In this document: piece after piece, positions 1 to 9,240 of the stretch
Layout of the letters: each line of letters begins with the position of its first letter
Numbering within the stretch: the stretch's first letter is position 1
From: Candidatus Auribacterota bacterium
GTDB taxonomy: Bacteria; Auribacterota; UBA6266
Length of the DNA stretch: 32,000 nucleotides
NCBI GenBank assembly: GCA_023136205.1
Contig: JAGLRQ010000023.1
Coordinates: 1-32,000, forward strand
Reading direction: 5' to 3'
The notes under the pieces: generated by a model
Databases searched by the model: none
What the model saw: only the letters and a program-made list of their open reading frames with translations
What the model was told of the DNA's origin: nothing
Translations under genes and position numbers: made by a program

Positions 1-230
1 ATTTCTATAATTGCCGGAGCATGTTCCCGCGAAGAACCAAGCCCAAAATTATTTCCACCTACAACAAAGTCACCTTTTTCCATAGACGCGGCAAATTCCG
101 GACGGGCATCTTCCAGAACATGTTTCGCGAGTTGGGGCAAATCAGACCTCAAATGAAATAATCGTCCCGGAGCAATGTGGTCCGTGCTTATGTCATCTCC
201 AAAAATCCAGGCTTTACCATTTAGTTTCAT
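1..230 (-). CDS. leuD: Isopropylmalate/(homo)aconitate-type dehydratase small subunit (LeuD-like). Only the N-terminal part is present because the gene runs off the left edge.
   Basis: Reverse translation from the ATG at 230-228 gives MKLNGKAWIFGDDISTDHIAPGRLFHLRS...GGNNFGLGSSREHAPAIIE, the LeuD/aconitase swivel-domain signature. It starts 13 nt after the large-subunit stop. It is absent from the ORF track because the window truncates it. Confidence 0.85.
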   Translation of the reverse strand, partial: MKLNGKAWIFGDDISTDHIAPGRLFHLRSDLPQLAKHVLEDARPEFAASMEKGDFVVGGNNFGLGSSREHAPAIIE

Positions 231-243
231 TTACACACCTTGT

Positions 244-1497
244 TTATAAAAATTCTCTCGGATCAGTAATTTTACCGGTTATCGCAGTTGCGGCACATGT
301 ATGAGGTGAAGCAAGAAAAATATTACCTTTAACATTTCCCATGCGCCCGCGGAAATTCCTGTTCTGGGATGATAAGCAATTTTCTCCATCTCCAAGTATT
401 CCCTGATGAACACCCACGCAAGGGCCGCAGCCGGGAGGATTAATTACCGCACCTGCTTCCACAAGCGTTGTAATAATACCTTTTCTAATTGCTTCAAGAT
501 AAATTGACCTTGACGCAGGTGTTACTAAAAGCCTTGTCTTTTTATTCGCTTTTTTCCCTTTTAAAATTTTTGCCGCAATTTCCAGATCTTTCAGCCGGCC
601 GTTTGTACAGGTACCAATATGTACCTGATGAATCACAATATCTTTAATCGCACTAATCTTTTTAGTATTATCTACTGTATGCGGCAATGACACCATTGGC
701 TCAAGATCACTGACATTTATCCTGAATTCCTTTTCATATACGGCATCTGAATCCGCTTTAATCTCCTTAAAATCCTTTTCTCTTCCAACTGATTTAAGAT
801 ACCTTTTTGTAATATCATCAGAAGCAATCAAACCAACCTTGGCGCCGGCTTCAACAGCCATATTAGAAATAGTAAATCTGTCACTCATATCAAGGTTCTT
901 TATAGTTGAACCTGTAAATTCCAGAGCTTTATAAGTAGCTCCATCAGCGCCAATAACACCTATAAAGTAAAGTATGACATCCTTTGAACACACTCCTTTT
1001 TTAAAATCACCTTCACATATAATTTCAAAGGTTTCCGGAACCCTGAGCCAGGTTTTTCCAAGAGCTATACCTACCGCAACATCTGTAGAACCCATCCCCG
1101 TTGAAAACGCGCATAATGCTCCTCCTGTACATGTATGAGAGTCAGCGCCGATAAGGATATCTCCGGGCTTCACCAGTTTTTCGTTTATTAACTGATGGCA
1201 CACGCCCTCCCCAATATCTGAAAGAGCCACACCGGTAGATTCAGAAAACTCTCTTAAGAGGTTATGGTCATTTGAAAGTTCTTTTCTCGGGCTCGGAGCA
1301 GCATGGTCAATAAATAGAATCGTCTTATCAGGATTGGCAGCCTTAACAAGATTCATTTTTTTGAGCTGTGTTACAGCAAGCGGGCCCGTCCCATCCTGGG
1401 TAAGGCAAACATCTACCGGCACAACAACAATTTCCCCGGGACAGACATTTTTACCGCAGTGTTCACTAATAATTTTTTCGGATATTGTTTTTCCCAT
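244..1497 (-). CDS. leuC: Isopropylmalate/(homo)aconitate-type dehydratase large subunit (LeuC-like, short archaeal-type form)
   Basis: Aconitase-family motifs are present: DHAAPSP, GADSHTCTGGA, and Fe-S ligand regions GTCTNGR and CGPCVG. I place the start at the internal Met (MGKTISEKIISEH), which matches the usual family N-terminus and sits 4 nt after the upstream stop at 1502. The track start at 1539 would overlap the upstream gene by 38 nt. Confidence 0.88.
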   Translation of the reverse strand: MGKTISEKIISEHCGKNVCPGEIVVVPVDVCLTQDGTGPLAVTQLKKMNLVKAANPDKTILFIDHAAPSPRKELSNDHNLLREFSESTGVALSDIGEGVCHQLINEKLVKPGDILIGADSHTCTGGALCAFSTGMGSTDVAVGIALGKTWLRVPETFEIICEGDFKKGVCSKDVILYFIGVIGADGATYKALEFTGSTIKNLDMSDRFTISNMAVEAGAKVGLIASDDITKRYLKSVGREKDFKEIKADSDAVYEKEFRINVSDLEPMVSLPHTVDNTKKISAIKDIVIHQVHIGTCTNGRLKDLEIAAKILKGKKANKKTRLLVTPASRSIYLEAIRKGIITTLVEAGAVINPPGCGPCVGVHQGILGDGENCLSSQNRNFRGRMGNVKGNIFLASPHTCAATAITGKITDPREFL

Positions 1498-1501
1498 ATT
1501 A

Positions 1502-3310
1502 TTATTCCACGGTTTCTTCGTATTTAACAAGATCTTCAAATTTCATATCCATGCCAAGGATACCGATTATTTTGTCAGACTCATCCACGATAGGGGCCGA
1601 TACTGTTATGCAAAGCCTGCCGGTTATCTTTGAGGTATAGAAATCTGTTACACAGGGTTTACCGTTTTTCATCGGCTCAACAAACCACTGCCTTCCGGAA
1701 TAATCCTTTTCATGCAAAAGCGTTTCATATTTATTTCTATCTGCTATATCAGATATATTTTTAGTGAATTTCTTTCCATTGCTATCAACAACATAAGCAA
1801 ACTGGATAAAAGGATCTTCTTCCACAACCTTTTCAAGCATAGATTCGATTTCAGACACATTCATACGCTGAAGTTCTTTCCTGCCGGCATAATCTTCTAC
1901 CAAATGCAAAGCTACTTCTTCAGCCCTGAGCTTCAAATTATCAAAATCAGATTTAAAGTATTCGGAAAGATATTTTTTGCCTTTTACAATCATTTCTTCA
2001 GGCGAAATTGAAGTGATTCTTCCCTTCTCGTAATCTTTCATTATACTCTCAAATATTCTCTTTACACCGGGATGCCTTTTATCCACCTTCATATTTTCAT
2101 TCAGGCTCAGATAAGTATTAAACCAGTGCACAATCCCGGCAACCCCCGATTTATCCGTAACAACAATTTCAATCGGCCGGTTAAGTATTTTAGCAGTATC
2201 AAAAATATTATAGATCTCTTCGTTTTTCGAAACACCGTCGGCATGGATTCCCGCGCTTGTTGTATTAAAAGTTTTGCCCACAAACGGATAATTTGAAGGA
2301 ACGCCGGCATTTATTTCATCTCTAAAATAATTACCTATATGCGTTATAGTTGTTGTATCCATTCCGTCTGCAGTCCCTTTCAGCTGCATATATTCAATAA
2401 CAGCTCCTTCAACGGGACAATTACCTGTTCTTTCCCCAAAACCAAGCAGGCTTCCGTTTAAATAACCGCACCCGTAAAGCCATGCTGCTACAGAATTTAC
2501 AAGAACCTTATGAAAATCATTATGTCCATGCCATTCAAGGAGATCACTCGGCACACCAGCTTCTTTACGAAATACTTCCACAAGTTTTGGGACACCCCTG
2601 GGCAACGCAGCCTCAGGATAAGGAAGCCCATAACCCATTGTGTCGCACAGGCGAATTTTAATCGGTATATTTGCTTCCTCGCTCATCTGCATCAACTTTT
2701 GCGCAAAAGGAAGTGCAAAACCATAGATATCGGCTCTGGTAATATCTTCAAAGTGACATCTGACACGGATACCATCCGAAAGCGCTGTTTCAACAATATC
2801 AACATATTGTTCAAATGCCTTTTTCTTATCAAGCTTCAATTTAAGGTATATATGATAATCAGAGGCTGAAGTCAAAATACCTGTCTCCTTAAGGCCCATT
2901 TCCCTTACCAGCTGAAAATCTTTTTTTACCGCTCTTATCCAACCGGTAATCTCTGGATATTTAAATCCTTTTTCCTGTAATTTTTCAACAGCTTCTCTGT
3001 CTTTATTACTGTAGAGGAAAAATTCGGAGGTCCGGATAATACCATTCGGGCCGCTAAGACGGCTCAAAAGAGTGAAGATATCTATAATTTGTTTTACCGT
3101 ATAAGGAGGCCTTGCCTGCTGGCCATCCCTGAATGTGGTATCACTAATGTATATTTTCTCAGGCATGTTCAGTTTCGCCGCTTGTTTATCAAACAAAATC
3201 TTAGGAACATTCGAATAAGGAAAATACTCCCTGAAAAGTTCAGGTTTTTCCTGGTTTTTAAGCTGAAATTTCTTATAATTTTTACCAAACAGTTTTATTA
3301 TATCGCTCAT
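1502..3310 (-). CDS. HMGL-like 2-oxoacid:acetyl-CoA Claisen-condensing synthase (LeuA/NifV/CimA/Re-citrate-synthase superfamily) with a C-terminal Cache/PDC-like domain
   Basis: The N-terminal TIM barrel shows DTTFRDGQQA, CHFEDITRAD, and HGHNDFHKVLVNS (metal His-x-His). The last ~130 aa (FAYVVDSNGKK...YSGRQWFVEPMKNGKPCVTDFYTSKITGRLCITVSAPIVDESDKIIGILGMDMKFEDL) match the Cache/PDC consensus pattern rather than a LeuA_dimer regulatory domain. An SD-like AGGGAGAA precedes the ATG. Confidence 0.8.
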   Translation of the reverse strand: MSDIIKLFGKNYKKFQLKNQEKPELFREYFPYSNVPKILFDKQAAKLNMPEKIYISDTTFRDGQQARPPYTVKQIIDIFTLLSRLSGPNGIIRTSEFFLYSNKDREAVEKLQEKGFKYPEITGWIRAVKKDFQLVREMGLKETGILTSASDYHIYLKLKLDKKKAFEQYVDIVETALSDGIRVRCHFEDITRADIYGFALPFAQKLMQMSEEANIPIKIRLCDTMGYGLPYPEAALPRGVPKLVEVFRKEAGVPSDLLEWHGHNDFHKVLVNSVAAWLYGCGYLNGSLLGFGERTGNCPVEGAVIEYMQLKGTADGMDTTTITHIGNYFRDEINAGVPSNYPFVGKTFNTTSAGIHADGVSKNEEIYNIFDTAKILNRPIEIVVTDKSGVAGIVHWFNTYLSLNENMKVDKRHPGVKRIFESIMKDYEKGRITSISPEEMIVKGKKYLSEYFKSDFDNLKLRAEEVALHLVEDYAGRKELQRMNVSEIESMLEKVVEEDPFIQFAYVVDSNGKKFTKNISDIADRNKYETLLHEKDYSGRQWFVEPMKNGKPCVTDFYTSKITGRLCITVSAPIVDESDKIIGILGMDMKFEDLVKYEETVE

Positions 3311-3327
3311 TTTTATATTTATTCTCC

Positions 3328-3648
3328 CTATTTAATTGATTCTTCTATCCATTGTTTAAGTTTCGGTTTCTGCATCGCTCCTGAAGTTTGATTCTTAATT
3401 TCCCCTGCTTTAAAAAGAATCAGCGTGGGAACACTCATAACATTATACATTGCCGCCGCCGCGCGGCAGTCATCAACATCTGCTTTCACAAAGACAACTT
3501 CCTGCATTTCTCCCGACAATTCCTCAAAGAGAGGGGCTATCATTTTACACGGCATACACCACTCAGCAGAAAAATCAACCACAACAGGCTTAGAATTTTT
3601 CAGCACCTTTTCTTCAAAATCATTTTCTATCACATGAATTACAGCCAT
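3328..3648 (-). CDS. trxA: Thioredoxin with a variant WCMPC active site
   Basis: The translation VVDFSAEWCMPCKMIAP...SVPTLILFKAGE is a thioredoxin fold signature. I prefer the ATG at 3648 (MAVIHV...) because the GGGAGA SD is about 6 nt upstream of it. The track ATG at 3654 overlaps that SD. Confidence 0.9.
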   Translation of the reverse strand: MAVIHVIENDFEEKVLKNSKPVVVDFSAEWCMPCKMIAPLFEELSGEMQEVVFVKADVDDCRAAAAMYNVMSVPTLILFKAGEIKNQTSGAMQKPKLKQWIEESIK

Positions 3649-3804
3649 AATCATCTCCCGTTTTTTAACATATTAATCTGAAAATCGAGTGGTAATGTTA
3701 GCATTTCAGCATTTAAAAATGCAACAAAAATCAAAGAAACAGCTTTACCTTCCTCTCAAATTTGTGCAAAATAGCTAAAAAATACAAGTACAAGGAGGAA
3801 GTAA

Positions 3805-4383
3805 GTGTTAAAAAGACCTATTTGCATATTACTTATTTTATTTGCCAGCAGTATTGCTTTTGGTATTGATCTCCCTTTCAATGTTTATACCGATTATAAT
3901 GCTCAGGACAATCACTATGTCCCTTCCGGCTGGATGGGAGATGTCGGGGCAATAACACTTAATCAAAATTGTAAGGAAAATACCCATTCCGGAAAATTCT
4001 GCATCAAAATTGTTTATACAGGCGAAAGCACCAATGGCCAGGGGTGGATAGGAATCTACTGGCAGAATCCTGCAAATAACTGGGGAAATTCAAGAGGCGG
4101 ATACAATTTGACAGGGTCACAAGCACTCGAAATCCGGGCACGCAGTGAAAAAGACGGCAGTATTGTAGAATTCAAAATGGGCGGAATTGAAGGAGATTTT
4201 CCGGATACTCACACAGGAGCGACGGGCCCGGTTACATTAACAAAAGAATGGAAAAAATATATCATAGATCTATCCGGTGCCGACTTAAGCTATATCAGCG
4301 GCGGGTTCTGCCTTACAATGACGCAGATAAACAATCCTAACGGCGCTGTCATTTATTTAGACGATATAAGATATGTGAAATAA
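3805..4383 (+). CDS. Small secreted protein with a carbohydrate-binding-module-like beta-sandwich
   Basis: GTG start preceded by AAGGAGGA. The N-terminus is a signal peptide (MLKRPICILLILFASSIAFG). The rest is rich in Trp, Gly and Asn (GWIGIYWQNPANNWGNS...LTKEWKKYIIDL...IYLDDIRYV), which resembles CBM/jelly-roll modules. No catalytic motif is seen. Confidence 0.6.
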   Translation: MLKRPICILLILFASSIAFGIDLPFNVYTDYNAQDNHYVPSGWMGDVGAITLNQNCKENTHSGKFCIKIVYTGESTNGQGWIGIYWQNPANNWGNSRGGYNLTGSQALEIRARSEKDGSIVEFKMGGIEGDFPDTHTGATGPVTLTKEWKKYIIDLSGADLSYISGGFCLTMTQINNPNGAVIYLDDIRYVK

Positions 4384-4404
4384 GTCTCTGGCCATTTTCT
4401 TAAT

Positions 4405-7400
4405 TTATTTTTTATAATAAATATCTATCTTCGCCGGCAATTCAAAAAACTTTATTTCCGAATCTGTATCCGTGTTTTTATAGTTTTGGCCATTAAGCAT
4501 TATCTGTTCAACTCTGTTCGCCTTAGAGACTTTAAAAACAAAACCGCCTGGCGGAGATTCCGCGTCTCCGCTAAAACGCGCTTTTAAAATTTCTTTTTCT
4601 TTCTTAAGACTATAACTTATATCTCCGTAATAGGTATGTAAACCTTTTACCGAAACACCTTCTTTTAGCCAGGTATCGTCTATACCCACACCTAATATCA
4701 ACTGCTTGTTCTGTTCACAGACAAACAAACTCCTTACCGCGTTTAAATACTCAGCGCCGATCCAGGTATGGGGCATATCCCCCAGATAAAACGGAGGCCG
4801 ATAACCGGTATCAATTACCTCGGCCCACTGATTCCATGCTATAGGCTGACGATGTTTCAGCAGATATTTTAATGTATCAAGGGCCCGGATTTTCTGTCCC
4901 ATATAAGCAAAAGCTGCAGCATTTCTTATTTCATAAGGCCCGAAAATAAATCTTGAGGCCGCGCTGGTAAACATCCTTTTTTTCAACTCAAAATAATATT
5001 TACTAAAGGTATTATTTGTTTGCGGCTGAGGCAAGTTCGGCAATTCGTTACAGTATATAATCGCACAAGCCGTGGACGCGGGGTCATAATCAGCTTTTTC
5101 AACGCAACCGGGCACATAGTCTATATTTTTTGTTTTTATGACCATGTCTATCGACTTATAAACTGATTTTTTAAGTTTGTCATATTCTTTTTGAGCCCAT
5201 TGAGCCAATTCATCCTCCTCCAGGGCCTGGGCAATTTTTACACCGGAACGCCAGCCTTCCAAGGCCCAGAAATTGTCCCAATATGAATGAACTGGAGGGA
5301 TATATCCTTCGTGGCTGATAGAATCCGGGAGTATCCCATAAAATACTTTCTTTTCAGTCGCCTCATATTCAGGGGTGAGCCTCTGACTTCTTAAATAGAC
5401 CAGATACTCCAGGGCCTTAACTACATTAGGCAATTTGTTTTTAAGCCACGTTTTATCTTTTGTAAAAACATAATATTGAAAAACAGTAAATATAAACTCA
5501 CCCTGGCTGTCATATTCATCGACAATTTCCGGGCCTTCTTTCATGCGTACAATGGGCGGGATTTCACCGGTCTCATATTGATAGCCCGTATACCAGTCAA
5601 TGAATTCCTTCGCTTCATCAACTAACCCCAGCTTCAGGAAAAGAGAACTGACAATACCGCCATCGCGTATCCAGGCCTTATCATAATTCCTTGGGCCCGG
5701 CTGTAAACTGGGGCCGTCTTTGGTTATGAGATTATAGGCAATATTAGACTTGAAAGTATTTATCATATCCTTATCAGGGATATTTATTTCAATTTTATTT
5801 ACCTTTGATTTCCAGAAATCAACATTTTCCTGGAACATTTTTTTAATTTTAGCGCTGATTTGACTTTCCTTCATATTTATATTTAAATGCGGATCTTTAT
5901 CATGAAACGGTATAGCTATAAAATAATCTTTTGACTCTCCTGGTTTAAGTGTATAGCTATACTCTAGAGCTCCGGAAGCATCCCAGTCAACAGGATCCCA
6001 ATCAGGACATTGGGCTAAATCTTTGTTAGGAGGCAAAACTCCTTTTTGGATGACATTAACAATATCTCCTTCAGGCAGATCATCAACTTGTATCATTCCC
6101 GGCTGAGAACCAAAATCAACAGGCTTTATTAAGGGAAAAATTTTATATTTTTGGTTAACTTCAACGGTATAATTTTTATACTGGATATTGTAAATTGGTG
6201 AAAACCCGCCTTGCTCCTCACACGGCCACCAGGGCGGGTATATCTGAAAAGGACGTATGGCCAAAAATAACTTGCCCGTAACTGTTTCTTTGCGGTCATT
6301 TTTGATATTATACCAGGCATAAGCGCTGGATTCACCGGGCTTGCCATAGGCAAATAATTTTATCTGCATGGTGATATCTTTATAATCCCATTTTACCAAA
6401 GGCAAAGGCAGGTATTCGTTTTCCAGAGACTGGGTCACTGCCACGTCTTCTCGGGTAATCAGTTTATTATCCAGGTATAAGAATGGCATAATAGAAAAAC
6501 CCTGTTTATGAGGTTCTATAGTCCCGTCTTCACCGAAAAGCGCTTCGTTATGGTCATCTGCTACTCCAACTATAGTCCAGTAACCCTGCTCTTTGGATAA
6601 CCATCGGGGATAATATCCCAGAGGAGATTCCTGTCCGGCCAGCTCGTATTTCGCTTTTAGAGAGCCGGCCTCTGCAGGGTCTTTGATTTCTATTTCTTTT
6701 ATACTAAAACTGTTTTCAAGAGCGCTCTTATTTAATTTTATCCTGACCCGCTGTGTCTGTGTTTCCCAGAAATATATCTTATCTCTGCCCCCATTACCTT
6801 TGGTTTGAGTATAAACAGTAAACCAGTCTATCCCATCATCAGACAAAGCAACATCATAAGACTGGGCATAGTTCTCACCCCAATAAATAAACAACCCGGC
6901 GATCTCCTTTTGTGTCTGAAAATTTATTTCAAGCCACTGTTTATTCTCCTGATTACTCTGCCAAACAGTATCCATACGGCCGTCTGTAATGTTTTCCGCA
7001 TCACCAGAGGAAGAAGAAGCCTGAGTCAAAACCCCTTCATCCGCTTCTTTAATTGAGACTTCATATAATTCATATCCATAAGGCAAACTTCTTTTTTTAG
7101 CCGATACTTTAAGGAAGCCTGCCTTTATTTTCTCAAAATATATATCATCAACCACCCCGTCTGAATCCAGGGCAGTATAAACTACATGCCATTTCTTTTT
7201 ATCTTCTGAAACCAGAATATCGTATTGCTTGGCATATGTCTTGCCCCAATGCAGCCTGAGGCCGGTCAATGTCCTGGGTTTATCCAAACCAATTTCCAGC
7301 CATTCCAGCTCTGAAGATTTACTCTTCCATAATGTCTCTGTATTCCCGTCTACAGCACATGCGGCTTTATGTTGACTGTCCTCAAAAGAAGAGGCCTTGG

Positions 7401-7995
7401 CTTCCACCTTAATATTGCTGGCCTTTTTTTCAAACCCAACAAAGGATAGTTCATCAATATCTATATACCCTTTTCCTCCTTCACCGCAGGAGATAGCAAA
7501 TTCGATTTTTTTTATTTCTTTTAAATCTCCTCTCGGGCCAGGGCCCCAGCCGTAGGCCACATTCCTTTTGTTCAAAACTATCTTCTGCCAATTTGGAGAG
7601 AACTTAAAATTATCCCATTTCTTCCAATAGGTATTTCCCTTATCATCAATTAATTTAAATTCAAGATTGTTGTCAGGCGTTATGCCTCTAACATAAAATA
7701 TGAACTTATAGTTTTGGGGCAACGAAATAGAAACGTCTTTGGTTATAATTACATGACCTTTGCGTTTACTAAAATCAAAGTTAACCCGTATAGCTTTGTC
7801 TTCAAAACCCTGACTGGAAGTCAATTCAATTTCTGTTTTTTCCGACTTTGATTCTACCCAGTCATGAATTTCGTTAAAATCATCAAGCGTTTTCTTAATA
7901 TTCTGCTGTGCGCTTACATCAGCATGGGCGAATAAAAAGAACGTCCAAATAAAAATCGATATGATTCTAATCAATCCGTTAAATTTTTTCACCAC
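4405..7995 (-). CDS. Large secreted multidomain protein: CBM-like module, two F5/8 type C (discoidin) domains, and a C-terminal GH15/glucoamylase-like (alpha/alpha)6 domain
   Basis: A signal peptide is present (IISIFIWTFFLFAHADVSAQ). Two discoidin-like repeats are seen (AVDGNTETLWKS...WLEIGLDKP...LRLHWGKTYAKQYDILVSEDKKKW and ITDGRMDTVWQS...WLEINF...LFIYWGENYAQSYDVALSDDGIDW). The C-terminal region contains NYDKAWIRDGG, typical of GH15-like barrels. The start is one of two tandem GTG codons (7995 or 7992) after AAGGAG. Confidence 0.75.
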   Translation of the reverse strand: MVKKFNGLIRIISIFIWTFFLFAHADVSAQQNIKKTLDDFNEIHDWVESKSEKTEIELTSSQGFEDKAIRVNFDFSKRKGHVIITKDVSISLPQNYKFIFYVRGITPDNNLEFKLIDDKGNTYWKKWDNFKFSPNWQKIVLNKRNVAYGWGPGPRGDLKEIKKIEFAISCGEGGKGYIDIDELSFVGFEKKASNIKVEAKASSFEDSQHKAACAVDGNTETLWKSKSSELEWLEIGLDKPRTLTGLRLHWGKTYAKQYDILVSEDKKKWHVVYTALDSDGVVDDIYFEKIKAGFLKVSAKKRSLPYGYELYEVSIKEADEGVLTQASSSSGDAENITDGRMDTVWQSNQENKQWLEINFQTQKEIAGLFIYWGENYAQSYDVALSDDGIDWFTVYTQTKGNGGRDKIYFWETQTQRVRIKLNKSALENSFSIKEIEIKDPAEAGSLKAKYELAGQESPLGYYPRWLSKEQGYWTIVGVADDHNEALFGEDGTIEPHKQGFSIMPFLYLDNKLITREDVAVTQSLENEYLPLPLVKWDYKDITMQIKLFAYGKPGESSAYAWYNIKNDRKETVTGKLFLAIRPFQIYPPWWPCEEQGGFSPIYNIQYKNYTVEVNQKYKIFPLIKPVDFGSQPGMIQVDDLPEGDIVNVIQKGVLPPNKDLAQCPDWDPVDWDASGALEYSYTLKPGESKDYFIAIPFHDKDPHLNINMKESQISAKIKKMFQENVDFWKSKVNKIEINIPDKDMINTFKSNIAYNLITKDGPSLQPGPRNYDKAWIRDGGIVSSLFLKLGLVDEAKEFIDWYTGYQYETGEIPPIVRMKEGPEIVDEYDSQGEFIFTVFQYYVFTKDKTWLKNKLPNVVKALEYLVYLRSQRLTPEYEATEKKVFYGILPDSISHEGYIPPVHSYWDNFWALEGWRSGVKIAQALEEDELAQWAQKEYDKLKKSVYKSIDMVIKTKNIDYVPGCVEKADYDPASTACAIIYCNELPNLPQPQTNNTFSKYYFELKKRMFTSAASRFIFGPYEIRNAAAFAYMGQKIRALDTLKYLLKHRQPIAWNQWAEVIDTGYRPPFYLGDMPHTWIGAEYLNAVRSLFVCEQNKQLILGVGIDDTWLKEGVSVKGLHTYYGDISYSLKKEKEILKARFSGDAESPPGGFVFKVSKANRVEQIMLNGQNYKNTDTDSEIKFFELPAKIDIYYKK

Positions 7996-8180
7996 CTACT
8001 CCTTTCTTCTCGATTTCTTAAAAGTTTATTCTGCTTTTGTTCAAATCAAAACAAATTCACATTTATTCTATTTATTTTCCAATTCCTGCGTTTATAATGA
8101 TCCCCGAAATTAAGGGTAGTGTCAAGAATCTTCAGCACATTGATATCCCCATTTTGTACCCGCGATATGTCCTTAACCTC

Positions 8181-8211
8181 AGAAAAATAGAAAAATAGGG
8201 ACAACTGTCCC
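8181..8211 (-). terminator. Probable rho-independent terminator of queA and the upstream operon
   Basis: Immediately after the queA stop, the minus strand reads GGGACAGTTGTCCC (GC-rich 5-6 bp stem) followed by TATTTTTCTATTTTTCT. Confidence 0.55.
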
Positions 8212-9240
8212 TCAGCCAACAATAAACATTGCATCGCCGTAAGAATAAAAGCGCATATTTTCGTCAACGGCCTTCTTATAGGCTTTCATAATGTTTTCTC
8301 TTCCGGCAAGAGCGCATACAAGCATCAGAAGCGTGGAACATGGAAGGTGAAAATTGGTTATCATATTTTTTACTATCTTAAAGCTGTAACCCGGATAAAT
8401 AAAAATATCTGTCTCGGTGTCTCCGGCTTGTACTTTACCGCCGGAATAAGACGCTTCCAGAGCCCGAACAACCGTCGTACCGACAGAAATTATACGCCTC
8501 TTCTCTCTAAGAGCCCTGTTAATTTTTTCTGCGGCCTCTTCCGAGATAAAAAAGGATTCCGAGTGCATTCTATGCTCTTCTATTTTATCTTCCTCAACAG
8601 GTAAAAAAGTCCCAAGGCCTACATGCAGAGTTATTTCAGCAAACTCAACACCTTTTTCATCCAGTTCTTTCAAAAGGCCTTGCGTAAAATGCAACCCCGC
8701 TGTAGGAGCCGCGACAGCCCCTTTCACCTTCGCAAAAACAGTCTGATAATCTCCTTTATCCTTATCATTCAGGTTAGATTCCTTCCTGTTTATATACGGA
8801 GGAAGAGGCATAAGGCCGTAACTCTTCATTATCAATTCAGGCGAAATATCAGGAAAGGACAGAACAACAAAACCATCTTTGATCTCTTCAACCCGCATCG
8901 TAGCTGAGTCCCTGACACTGAGGACTGTTCCCTTCTTTAACCTCTTAAGAGGCCGGGCCATGGCCTGCCAGCAGCCGCCGGATAATTCTTTCACCAGCAG
9001 AACTTCAATCCTGGCACCGGAAGGATATTTAGACGCGATTATTTTACAGGGCAAAACCTCTGTATTATTAAGTACCAGTAAATCACCATCCCTAAAAACT
9101 TTTCCAATATCTTTAAACGAAAGAATTTCCATCACTGTGCCTTTTTCCATGACCATCAGTTTTGATGAAGATCGGGGTGAGGCCGGTTTCTGAGCAATCA
9201 GCCTCTCAGGAAGGTTATATTCAAATTCTATTTTTCTCAA
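8212..9240 (-). CDS. queA: S-adenosylmethionine:tRNA ribosyltransferase-isomerase
   Basis: Full-length match to the QueA pattern: FEYNLPERLIAQKP, LPPYI, GAVAAPTAGLHFT, SVGTTVVRALE, NFHLPCSTLLMLV. Confidence 0.95.
   Translation of the reverse strand: MRKIEFEYNLPERLIAQKPASPRSSSKLMVMEKGTVMEILSFKDIGKVFRDGDLLVLNNTEVLPCKIIASKYPSGARIEVLLVKELSGGCWQAMARPLKRLKKGTVLSVRDSATMRVEEIKDGFVVLSFPDISPELIMKSYGLMPLPPYINRKESNLNDKDKGDYQTVFAKVKGAVAAPTAGLHFTQGLLKELDEKGVEFAEITLHVGLGTFLPVEEDKIEEHRMHSESFFISEEAAEKINRALREKRRIISVGTTVVRALEASYSGGKVQAGDTETDIFIYPGYSFKIVKNMITNFHLPCSTLLMLVCALAGRENIMKAYKKAVDENMRFYSYGDAMFIVG

Noticed and set aside
3709-3722. A palindrome (GCATTTAAAAATGC) in the divergent trxA / CBM-like gene intergenic region, a possible operator
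   Set aside because: It is a 6-bp AT-rich palindrome of a kind expected by chance in an AT-rich promoter region, and there is no second copy.
8046-8267. A 73-aa minus-strand ORF spanning the queA 3' end and terminator
   Set aside because: It overlaps the queA coding sequence and the terminator hairpin, has no SD and no recognisable motif. It is probably the non-coding promoter region of the 1196-aa gene.
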